From contig CAVYHJ010000026.1 of assembly GCA_963768165.1 (NCBI GenBank), positions 435,337 to 499,336 of the forward strand: DNA of 64,000 nt. Direction: 5' to 3'. Below are positions 18,676 to 27,380 of this stretch, piece by piece (position 1 is the stretch's first letter; every line of letters starts with the position of its first letter). Source of the stretch: an uncultured bacterium (GTDB lineage Bacteria > UBP4 > UBA4092). A program made the translations under genes and the position numbers. The notes under the pieces were generated by a model, which did not search any database, was not told the DNA's origin, and worked only from the letters and a program-made list of their open reading frames with translations.

Positions 18676-20393
18676 GTTCGTCATGGGTCATTCCCTCATT
18701 CGATAACCGAGCCGTTGATGATTTAACTCATAGTCTCAACATCACCCCTACCCTCGCCCGTCTGTTACTTCATCGCGGTTTGCAAACACCCTTGGAAGCG
18801 AGTCATTTCTTGAATCCAGACCTATCCATGTTGCACGACCCCTTTCTATTTCATCAAATGGAAACAGCCGTAACCCGAGTAAAACAAGCGATTCAAAACA
18901 AAGAACGCATTATGATTCATGGGGATTACGATGTGGATGGTATCACTGCCAGTGCTATTTTGTCTCATACCTTGTCACAATATACAAACAATCTTTTGAC
19001 ATATATACCGCATCGAATTAATCAGGGATACGGATTAAAACAAGACGCGCTGGATTTGGCACAACAGGAAAAAATTAGTCTTATCATTACAGTGGATTGC
19101 GGAATAACGGCAATTCAAGAAATAAAATCTGCGCGGGAGATGGGAATTGATGTCATCATCACCGACCATCATTTGTTCCAAGATCCGCTCCCCGATGCCG
19201 TTGCCATTATTCACCCGACACAACCGGAGGAAACCTACCCCTATACTCATCTCAGTGGCTCCGGGGTCGCCTATAAATTTGCGCAAGCCATTGAACAAAG
19301 ATTTCAGGTCTCGAACCCTGGGCATCATCCTATTACGGATGATTTATTAGATCTTGCCGCGATGGGCACGTTGAGCGATATTGTATTACTCAATGGGGAA
19401 AACCGTGTAATTGCCAAGTATGGATTAGCACAACTTGCCAAATCCAAACGTCTCGGTTTGATATCGTTACTGGAGAGGACTAAATTAACCAACAAATTTT
19501 TAGAATCTTGGCATATTGGTTTTATCTTGGGTCCACGCATCAACGCCGCAGGCCGATTGGGTGATGCAGATAAGGCGTTGCGGCTTTTATTGACCGACTC
19601 CAAAGACGAAGCGGACGATATTACCGAAACTCTTGAAAAATATAATAAAGAACGCCAGCGAGTGGAATCTGAGGTTTATGAACAGGCGGAACAATTGGTT
19701 CATTCCCAAATCAATTTGAATAAAGAGACGATTATCGTCTTGGCAAATCCCAACTGGCACATCGGTGTTCTAGGAATCGTGTGTTCCAAGTTGGTGGAAG
19801 AATTTGAACGGCCCGTTATCCTCATAGGGCTGAATGGAGAACAGGGTAAAGGTTCTGGTCGCAGTGTGGATGGATTTAACATCGTAGCCGCCTTGGAATT
19901 TTGTGCTGATACACTACTGAACTTTGGCGGGCATGAAATGGCTTGCGGAGTAACTATTGAACCCAATCAGGTGATGAATTTCCGCGAAAAAATCAATCAA
20001 TACGCTGACCAAACTAGAGACTCCAGACTCCAGACCAGTGAATTGTTATCCATTGACACGGAAATCCGGTTATCCGACTTGACAGAATCTTTTTTAGACA
20101 GCCTTCATCTTCTCGCGCCCCACGGTCCGGGAAATCCCAAACCCCTGTTTCTCGTGCGAAATGTCACAACCGAAGGTCCTCCGCGAATTATTAAAGACAC
20201 TCATCTCAAACTGCGTATCCGAGACGGTAATTGTCGCGCCGAAGGAATGTGGTTTGGCAATGCTGATAAAGCCGACCTCTTCACCCTCAATACCAAAACC
20301 TGGGACCTTGCCTGCCATGCCCGACTCAATGATTATAACGGTATCCAATCTATCGAATTGCAAATCAAAGACGTCCGCCCGGCTCAAAGATAA
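18672..20393 (+). CDS. recJ: Single-stranded-DNA-specific exonuclease RecJ
   Basis: DHH family motifs (HGDYDVDGITASAIL, ITDHH) plus a DHHA1 domain. It overlaps the glyS stop by 4 nt. Confidence 0.9.
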   Translation: MSSSWVIPSFDNRAVDDLTHSLNITPTLARLLLHRGLQTPLEASHFLNPDLSMLHDPFLFHQMETAVTRVKQAIQNKERIMIHGDYDVDGITASAILSHTLSQYTNNLLTYIPHRINQGYGLKQDALDLAQQEKISLIITVDCGITAIQEIKSAREMGIDVIITDHHLFQDPLPDAVAIIHPTQPEETYPYTHLSGSGVAYKFAQAIEQRFQVSNPGHHPITDDLLDLAAMGTLSDIVLLNGENRVIAKYGLAQLAKSKRLGLISLLERTKLTNKFLESWHIGFILGPRINAAGRLGDADKALRLLLTDSKDEADDITETLEKYNKERQRVESEVYEQAEQLVHSQINLNKETIIVLANPNWHIGVLGIVCSKLVEEFERPVILIGLNGEQGKGSGRSVDGFNIVAALEFCADTLLNFGGHEMACGVTIEPNQVMNFREKINQYADQTRDSRLQTSELLSIDTEIRLSDLTESFLDSLHLLAPHGPGNPKPLFLVRNVTTEGPPRIIKDTHLKLRIRDGNCRAEGMWFGNADKADLFTLNTKTWDLACHARLNDYNGIQSIELQIKDVRPAQR

Positions 20394-20552
20394 AGGCAAA
20401 AACAATTTACAGAAAACTGATTCATTTTCTTCAATTCTTGATTTTTCAAGAAATGTTGATGACAAGTTTCAAGGGAATGATAACGCCGGCGGTCTGTCAT
20501 TCTCAACTGGAAAATCCAGAAAACCAAAGATACTGAATTCCTTTAACCTTTT

Positions 20553-21539
20553 TTATCGATTCAGGGCGTTCATGGCGGCGTCGGGGTAACGGTTACCAGA
20601 CGCAAGACCGGGAGGAAGGGATTCATTAATACGTTTTAAATCTTCTTTTGTCAATTGGATATTCGCCGCGCCTATGTTTTCTTCCAGATAGTTCATGCGT
20701 TTAGTTCCGGGGATGGGGACGATGTCATTGCCTTGGGCGAGAACCCAGGCGAGTGCTAGTTGCGAAGGTTTACATTTTTTCTCTGTGGCGATTTCTTCAA
20801 TCTTCTTGACCAAGTCAAGATTTTTTTGGAAGTTATCACCTTGGAATCGCGGGGAATTGGGACGATAATCTTTCTCTCCAAAATCAGAGGCTGTTTTAAA
20901 CCGTCCTGTCAGAAATCCCCGTCCCAAGGGACTATAGGCGACTAACCCAATTCCCAATCCCCGACAGGTCGAGAGAATTTCTTTTTCGGGGTCACGGGAC
21001 CATAAGGAATATTCGGTTTGGAGAGCGGAAATGGGATGAATTTTTTGTGCCCGTCGAAGGGTTTGCGGACTCGCTTCGGACATACCGAGATATTTCACTT
21101 TACCTTGTTTAACTAGTTCCGTCATCGCGCCGATAGTATCTTCAATGGGGGTATTGGGGTCAACACGATGTTGGTAATACAAATCTATTACATCTACTCC
21201 TAACCGTTTCAAGCTTGTGTCACAACAAGATTTCACATATTCCGGTTTCCCATTCACGCCTAGAAAACTTCCGTCTTTCCCGCGTACATTGCCAAATTTA
21301 GTGGCTAAGATAACTTTATCACGACGATCCCGAATAGCTTTGCCGACGAGTTCCTCATTTTTCCCAACACCATACATATCGGCTGTGTCAAGGAAATTAA
21401 TTCCCAGTTCGAGAGCATGGTGAATGACCTTGATGGATTCGTTGTCGTCGTGGAGTCCATAGAATTCAGACATACCCATACAACCTAATCCCAAGGCAGA
21501 TACAGATAACCCACTTTTACCCAAGTGCCTTTTTTGCAT
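20553..21539 (-). CDS. Aldo/keto reductase family oxidoreductase
   Basis: [24 protein letters not shown]..., the typical AKR N-terminus, plus a DTADMYG motif. Confidence 0.9.
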   Translation of the reverse strand: MQKRHLGKSGLSVSALGLGCMGMSEFYGLHDDNESIKVIHHALELGINFLDTADMYGVGKNEELVGKAIRDRRDKVILATKFGNVRGKDGSFLGVNGKPEYVKSCCDTSLKRLGVDVIDLYYQHRVDPNTPIEDTIGAMTELVKQGKVKYLGMSEASPQTLRRAQKIHPISALQTEYSLWSRDPEKEILSTCRGLGIGLVAYSPLGRGFLTGRFKTASDFGEKDYRPNSPRFQGDNFQKNLDLVKKIEEIATEKKCKPSQLALAWVLAQGNDIVPIPGTKRMNYLEENIGAANIQLTKEDLKRINESLPPGLASGNRYPDAAMNALNR

Positions 21540-21556
21540 AATGAAATCTCCTTTGA

Positions 21557-21940
21557 TTATTTAGTTAGTGATTCAGGGGGTTGAATTTCACGGACGACAA
21601 CCAACATTCTTTTACACCATTCCGCTTTACAATTCATCATGGCGGATAAATCACTGTCCTTTTCCTGGATGGTAATATCAAGAGAAAAGGTTTTGATGGT
21701 ATAGTCCCGTTGTATCGGAGTGGCAATTTCCGTGGCAGTATTCTGATAAATCCCGCTGGCATTGATGGAGTAATTATAAACATCCGGTCGAAGGTCTTTA
21801 TTAATCCGATGTTTATCATCCAATTTCCCGTCAACAGAAAGCCCTAATTTTTCTTTGATGGCAGCTATCGGGTCGAGTAATCCCCACCGGGAGTAAATGT
21901 CATGTGTATCAGCAGCAACACGTTTGATTCCTATTTTCAT
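21557..21940 (-). CDS. Hypothetical protein (127 aa) with no recognisable domain
   Basis: ORF only, co-directional and tightly spaced between the helicase and the AKR gene. Confidence 0.35.
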   Translation of the reverse strand: MKIGIKRVAADTHDIYSRWGLLDPIAAIKEKLGLSVDGKLDDKHRINKDLRPDVYNYSINASGIYQNTATEIATPIQRDYTIKTFSLDITIQEKDSDLSAMMNCKAEWCKRMLVVVREIQPPESLTK

Positions 21941-21978
21941 GAATTAAATCCTCATGTTTATTTTAGCATCTTACTGGA

Positions 21979-24270
21979 TTATTCCTTAACTAGCAATCGA
22001 TTTAATAATTCCAAGGTCTTCATTTTACCTGATTTTCCAATTTCATTGACAGGACCGACACACGAAGGGCAACCGGATTCACAACCGCATTGGGTCAACA
22101 TTTCGTAGGCTGATTTCATAAGCAGACCATGAATATCGTAAAGTTTTTCGGACATACCCGTTCCGCCCGGGTATCGGTCATAAATATAAATGGTGGGCAA
22201 TTCGGTGAATGGGGAACGAACTTGCGCGACGGTACGAATATCTTTGGGGTCGCACATAAGATAAATTGGCGCAATATTTTCAAGCAAATTCGCTGTTCCC
22301 AGCAAACCTATTTGAATATCCTCCGGTTTAAATTGAGTTACCAACTGAGAGGACAAACTCAACCAATACGCGGTCGTGTCCAATTCCTGTTCCGGTAGAT
22401 GCACTTTCCCCCAGCCTACATTTTCATGGGTATGGAATTTAATTTTTTTAAACATGGTAGTGAGACGATTAATCCTCACTTCTCCCAAATGTTTTTGAGC
22501 ACTGGCTACATTCAAAGATTTCAAATCATCGAGGACATTAATTTTTACTTCGTCCTGCGCGTCGGTATAATAATCTACTTTTACGGGTTTGGCGTAAGCG
22601 CGCTTGCCGTCCCAATCCAATTCCATGATTTGATATTGTTCACTTTCATGCAGATAGATAGCATCTTTATGAATCAATTGAGGGGCACTAAAGGCGTCTA
22701 CTTCACCGATAACCCGATTCTTATCTTTCATATCGAGAATCACAAAATTTTCGGTTGCCGCGGAGCGCAAACTGATATCTTCTGCCGGAAAAGAATCCTT
22801 CATCCAATAATATTTTCCATTGGTAAATCGTAAGATGTTGGCTTCTACGAGATAGTTCAATAATTCCTGAGTGGTCGCAATACCGAATTTCTCCGTATCT
22901 GAAAAGGGCAACTCGAAAGCGGCACATTTAAGATGGTTCACGAGAATGACGAGATTATCCGGATTGATTAATCCCATTTCAGGTGATTTCCCAAAAAAGT
23001 ACTCCGGATGAGTCATGAGAAATTGATCCAGCGGACTACTGGTGGCGACAAGGAATGCAGCGGAGACATTAATCTTTCGTCCCGCCCTACCCGCTTGCTG
23101 CCAAGTACTAGCGATAGTGCCAGGATAACCGACCATGACGCAAGATTCTAATGCGCCAATATCTATTCCCAGTTCCAAGGCATTGGTGCTGACGACTCCC
23201 AATACTACACCGTCACGCAATCCTTTCTCAATTTCCCGGCGTTGTAATGGGAGATACCCCCCACGATAACCTCGTATGCAGTCTTTTGATTTACCTTTAG
23301 TTACGATAGATTCCTTCAAGTAAGTCACAAGGACTTCTGTGGATACTCGACTTCGTGCAAAAACAATAGTTTGAATCCCATTTTTAATTAAATTAGCGGC
23401 AATCTTGGAGGATTCATTCAATGAACTTTTACGAATTCCCAATTCCTGATTAATGACCGGAGGGTTATAAAATATAATATGTTTTTCACCGGAAGGAGCG
23501 CCATTTTTATTAATCAATGCAACATCTTCTTCAATCAATTTTTTTGCCAGTTCATCCGGATTAGCAATGGTTGCAGAACAACAAATAAATTGAGGATTGG
23601 AACCGTAGAATTGGCAGATTCGTTTTAGACGGCGAATTACGTTTGCCAAATGACTTCCGAAAACTCCGCGATAATGATGTACTTCATCAATCACGACATA
23701 TTTCAAATTTTCAAATAATTTATTCCATTCCGTGTGATGGGGAAGAATGCCGGAGTGAAGCATATCAGGATTGGTGACCACAATATGTCCGGCGGTGCGG
23801 ATGGCTTTGCGCGCGGTACGTGGTGTGTCGCCATCATAAGTATAAGTCTTGATATCCACTTTCATGTCAGTAATCAAATCATGTAATTCAGCAACTTGAT
23901 CCTGCGAAAGAGCTTTCGTTGGAAATAAATAAATGGCTCTGGAACTTGGGTCGGATAGAATAGTGTTCACTACTGGCAGGTTATAACACAAGGTTTTTCC
24001 AGATGCCGTGGGAGTAACGATGACCACATTTTTCTTTTGCAAGATAGTATCAATGGCTAGGGATTGATGAGTATATAATTTGTGAATTCCCCTATTTTGA
24101 ATCGCTGTAATCAAATTAGAATTCAATGCTTTAGGGAATTCACCATAGTCCGGAGGGCGAGGTGGAAGAATTTTCCATTCTGTCACACAAGAACGAAACT
24201 GTTTGTCGTTTTGTAAATTTTCCAATAATTGCGCAAGATTCATAGATTTAACTTTCACCTCACTCCCCAT
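21979..24270 (-). CDS. DEAD/DEAH-box helicase with a C-terminal DUF1998-type zinc-binding domain (MrfA/YprA-like)
   Basis: Walker A VIVTPTASGKT, DEVH box, helicase C motifs, and a C-terminal CGCESGCPSC Cys cluster. The alternative start at 24243 (MNLAQLL...) would leave the C-rich hairpin repeat outside the CDS. Confidence 0.8.
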   Translation of the reverse strand: MGSEVKVKSMNLAQLLENLQNDKQFRSCVTEWKILPPRPPDYGEFPKALNSNLITAIQNRGIHKLYTHQSLAIDTILQKKNVVIVTPTASGKTLCYNLPVVNTILSDPSSRAIYLFPTKALSQDQVAELHDLITDMKVDIKTYTYDGDTPRTARKAIRTAGHIVVTNPDMLHSGILPHHTEWNKLFENLKYVVIDEVHHYRGVFGSHLANVIRRLKRICQFYGSNPQFICCSATIANPDELAKKLIEEDVALINKNGAPSGEKHIIFYNPPVINQELGIRKSSLNESSKIAANLIKNGIQTIVFARSRVSTEVLVTYLKESIVTKGKSKDCIRGYRGGYLPLQRREIEKGLRDGVVLGVVSTNALELGIDIGALESCVMVGYPGTIASTWQQAGRAGRKINVSAAFLVATSSPLDQFLMTHPEYFFGKSPEMGLINPDNLVILVNHLKCAAFELPFSDTEKFGIATTQELLNYLVEANILRFTNGKYYWMKDSFPAEDISLRSAATENFVILDMKDKNRVIGEVDAFSAPQLIHKDAIYLHESEQYQIMELDWDGKRAYAKPVKVDYYTDAQDEVKINVLDDLKSLNVASAQKHLGEVRINRLTTMFKKIKFHTHENVGWGKVHLPEQELDTTAYWLSLSSQLVTQFKPEDIQIGLLGTANLLENIAPIYLMCDPKDIRTVAQVRSPFTELPTIYIYDRYPGGTGMSEKLYDIHGLLMKSAYEMLTQCGCESGCPSCVGPVNEIGKSGKMKTLELLNRLLVKE

Positions 24271-24294
24271 CCCCTCTTTTTGGTAAGGAGAGGG
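24263..24294. repeat. C-rich hairpin repeat, copy A (CTCCCCATCCCCTCT-loop-GGAGAGGG)
   Basis: Motif shared with the copies at 27343-27370 and 52260-52290. Confidence 0.5.
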
Positions 24295-24306
24295 AAGAAG
24301 AAAGGT

Positions 24307-25992
24307 TTATACCTTGGAATAGTTTTTTCTTATATCTTCTGCCTTTCTAACCGCTGCCTCAAGAACCATCTGAGGTGTACGAAAACACAGCGAAACAAAA
24401 CAAGTGACCACCGCACCCACCAGAGCGTACCAGGTAAATTCTATCTGTGGTAACCATGACGGAAACATTAATTTTGCACCGGCGGGGGTGAATATATTAA
24501 GAAAATCATTAATCCTTCCACTCAGAAATAATACCACGAAAAGTCCGGCTATGATGGCCAATACATTACCTGCATCGGAGCCTCTCGTTTTGGTAAACAT
24601 ACCCGTTAAAAACACACCCAACATAGGGCCCAAGATATATCCGGCAATTCCCAAGGCGATGGGGATAATCGTGATAGCCGGGTTTTTCACGTTCACATAG
24701 GCGAACGCAATGGCAATAATAATCATTAGAACCGCAAAAATTGTAGTAAATACACGCGCGGCAAAAACATAATGACTGTCTTTCTTGTGAGAGGCGAAGT
24801 AGGGAATATACCAATCGTTGGTCGCGGTAGTTGCCAGAGCGTTTAAGGCAGCGCTCAAGGAACCCATCGCCGTTGCAAACACCCCCGCTAACACAAAACC
24901 CCGTATGACCACCGGCATAACATTGAGAATATACACTCCGAAGACATCGTTGTTTTTTAAAGGTTTTAACTGAGGGTTCAAATCATAAAAGGCAATCAAG
25001 AGAACACCGATAAAGGTAAAACAAAAAGCAATGGGAACATCCATAAACGCCGCGGTAATCAGTGACCGCCTACTTTTTTTATAATCTTTGGCTGTCAGCA
25101 TACGTTGTACCATATCCTGGTCAGTACCAAAAGCAGCCATGTTCGCAAAGGTCGTAGCGATAATCGCTGCAGGAAGAGTATATTTGTTTTCCAGCATAAT
25201 TTTAAAAACCTCCCAAAATCTGCTGGTTGGTTTCACGGTTTCAAATCCCGTTAGAAAATATCCTTTGGTAGTGGTCATTTCCGGAACATGTTGCGCGAGT
25301 ATGGAAAATCCATGCATAATACTTCCCGCCCCGATGTGATAGAGAATGGTTCCAATAGTGATTAAAGCGCTGCCAAACATCAAACTTGCCTGAATGAGAT
25401 CTGTCCAAATAACGGCTTTGATTCCTCCCAGTGCCGTATAAATACAGGTAATGATGGTTAAAATAATAATAGCCCACGCATACGGCACCCAGGTATCCAA
25501 GTGATGAAATGAGACAGGTTCCTGCAAAACGAACAGACGCCACGCCAGAACCAGAACCAAGGAAGGGATATATAAGCGCACGCCGGATGCCAAAACTCGC
25601 ATTAATAAAAATAGCGCGGAAACCATGTTTTTGGTTTTGATTCCAAAGCGGACCAGCAGATAATCATAGACGGTGTACACTCGATAGATATAATAAGGTT
25701 TTAAGAAATATCGTCCAATGATAATACGCCCAAGGATTACACCCATAGTCAGTTGGACATAAATCACACCCCGAGTTGCAAATCCTTCTGCGGGTGCTCC
25801 AATGAAAGTTGCGGCACTGGTTTCCGCCGCGATAATCGAGGCCATGACCGCCCACCAGGGTATTTTTCGACCACCAAGAGCATAATCTTCCAGGGTATTT
25901 TCTTTTCGGCCCATATAGAGACCGATGGCGGTGATAGTGACAAAATAAAAAATGATGATGAAACCGTCAATTAATAAGGGTGAGGTTCCCAT
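24307..25992 (-). CDS. Sodium:solute symporter (SSF) family transporter
   Basis: 561 aa with about 13-14 predicted TM helices and the SSF-like pattern (GGRKIPWWAVMASIIA...). Confidence 0.75.
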   Translation of the reverse strand: MGTSPLLIDGFIIIFYFVTITAIGLYMGRKENTLEDYALGGRKIPWWAVMASIIAAETSAATFIGAPAEGFATRGVIYVQLTMGVILGRIIIGRYFLKPYYIYRVYTVYDYLLVRFGIKTKNMVSALFLLMRVLASGVRLYIPSLVLVLAWRLFVLQEPVSFHHLDTWVPYAWAIIILTIITCIYTALGGIKAVIWTDLIQASLMFGSALITIGTILYHIGAGSIMHGFSILAQHVPEMTTTKGYFLTGFETVKPTSRFWEVFKIMLENKYTLPAAIIATTFANMAAFGTDQDMVQRMLTAKDYKKSRRSLITAAFMDVPIAFCFTFIGVLLIAFYDLNPQLKPLKNNDVFGVYILNVMPVVIRGFVLAGVFATAMGSLSAALNALATTATNDWYIPYFASHKKDSHYVFAARVFTTIFAVLMIIIAIAFAYVNVKNPAITIIPIALGIAGYILGPMLGVFLTGMFTKTRGSDAGNVLAIIAGLFVVLFLSGRINDFLNIFTPAGAKLMFPSWLPQIEFTWYALVGAVVTCFVSLCFRTPQMVLEAAVRKAEDIRKNYSKV

Positions 25993-26004
25993 AAATATTA
26001 TTTA

Positions 26005-26772
26005 TCACTGTTGGTTATGGATGTGTAATGACCTGAACCGTATCAGAACTCCCACGGAAAAGGCAAAGAGAAAAATACTGATGAGCTGTGCCATGGTAAA
26101 TTGATAAAACGTCCAATCCTGTCCCGGTTCGCGAAATATGTCAATGATAAACCGTACCACGGAATAAACAATCAGATATGTCCAGAAAGTTTCTCCATCA
26201 AATTTCTTTCGCTTGTTCAAGGAAATCAGTAACGCGAAAATGAGCAATGCAAAAATGGATTGATAGATTTGGGTGGGATGCCGGTAAACCGGATTCGTTT
26301 GCAATATTCCATCCAAATAGCGAAATTTTACCGCCCACGGAATGAAATGTGGATTAACTTGCCTTCCATAACAGCACCCATTCATAAAACAACCCCATCG
26401 TCCGATGAATTCTCCCAAAGCCACTGCCGGCATGATGATATCGGCAACTTTCCAGATAGGTAAATGGTTGCGACGGAGAAACCAATATCCCATGAGACAT
26501 GCCAAAATCAATCCGCCATACGAACTAAACCCGCTGCGGGAAAAAATAATATCGCTAAGATGTCCTTTAAATTCATCCAGGTAACTGAGAACATAAAGTA
26601 TTCTTCCGCCGACAATGGCGGAAACCATAATCCAGATGGAAAGATCTAAAATTTTATCAGGATCAATTCCCTGTCGATTTGAGTCATACCATGCCCAAAG
26701 AGTGCTGGCCGAAAATGCCAGCGCTAACATCACGCCATACCAATGAATCGGACCGTATAATATTGGTTGCAT
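26005..26772 (-). CDS. lgt: Prolipoprotein diacylglyceryl transferase
   Basis: MQPILYGPIHWYGVMLALAF..., GGRILYVL and the Lgt signature region GRWGCFMNGCCYG. Confidence 0.9.
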   Translation of the reverse strand: MQPILYGPIHWYGVMLALAFSASTLWAWYDSNRQGIDPDKILDLSIWIMVSAIVGGRILYVLSYLDEFKGHLSDIIFSRSGFSSYGGLILACLMGYWFLRRNHLPIWKVADIIMPAVALGEFIGRWGCFMNGCCYGRQVNPHFIPWAVKFRYLDGILQTNPVYRHPTQIYQSIFALLIFALLISLNKRKKFDGETFWTYLIVYSVVRFIIDIFREPGQDWTFYQFTMAQLISIFLFAFSVGVLIRFRSLHIHNQQ

Positions 26773-26773
26773 A

Positions 26774-27319
26774 TTAAGTTTCCGGTCTCCGGTCTGTGGT
26801 CTCCAATTTTGACTTTTGAACTTCAGGATTTACAGGTTCAGAGGTACCTTTCTTGTTTTCTGTTAAAGAGAGATACAAAAGCAATACTCCAACTCCAATA
26901 CAAATGAAACTGTCAGCAACATTAAAAGTCGGCCAGTGATAAATTTCTTTCCAATGAAAATCTATAAAATCGACCACCCGTCCATGCCTCAACCGGTCAA
27001 GCAGATTTCCCGTGGCACCTCCGAAAATAAAAGCCAATCCGGTAAGGGCTAATTTTGACAAATCTTTGGATCGAAACAAATAAATCAAAATCGCCGCCAG
27101 AGCAATAATCGTTACGATGATAAAGAATTTCTGTTGGTTGGGAAATAAACTAAAAGCCGCTCCCGTATTGGTCGCATAGGTAATATCCACCCAATGATTT
27201 CCGCTGGTTAGATATTCCCGCGTGGAAAGAAAATGTTCCTGAACATATTGCAGAATGAGAAATTTGGTTGCTTGATCCAGAGCCAACACACACAAAGCAA
27301 TCACACAAAAATAAATCAA
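26774..27319 (-). CDS. lspA: Lipoprotein signal peptidase II
   Basis: LDQATKFL, NTGAAFS and FNVADSFICIGVGVLL motifs. TTG start with a GGAGAA SD. It starts 2 nt after the lgt end. Confidence 0.88.
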   Translation of the reverse strand: MIYFCVIALCVLALDQATKFLILQYVQEHFLSTREYLTSGNHWVDITYATNTGAAFSLFPNQQKFFIIVTIIALAAILIYLFRSKDLSKLALTGLAFIFGGATGNLLDRLRHGRVVDFIDFHWKEIYHWPTFNVADSFICIGVGVLLLYLSLTENKKGTSEPVNPEVQKSKLETTDRRPET

Positions 27320-27342
27320 AAGTTCTCCTCTTTATTCCCTTA

Positions 27343-27370
27343 CCCCATCCCTCTCCCACTGGGGGAGAGA
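27343..27370. repeat. C-rich hairpin repeat, copy B (CCCCATCCCTCTCCC-actg-GGGGAGAG)
   Basis: Same motif family as copies A and C. It lies between ileS and lspA. Confidence 0.5.
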
Positions 27371-27380
27371 CAGATAAGGG

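Noticed and set aside
19740-19760. Sigma-54-like TGGCAC-N5-TG element at about 19746
   Set aside because: It lies inside the recJ coding region, the -12 element is poor, and no gene starts downstream.
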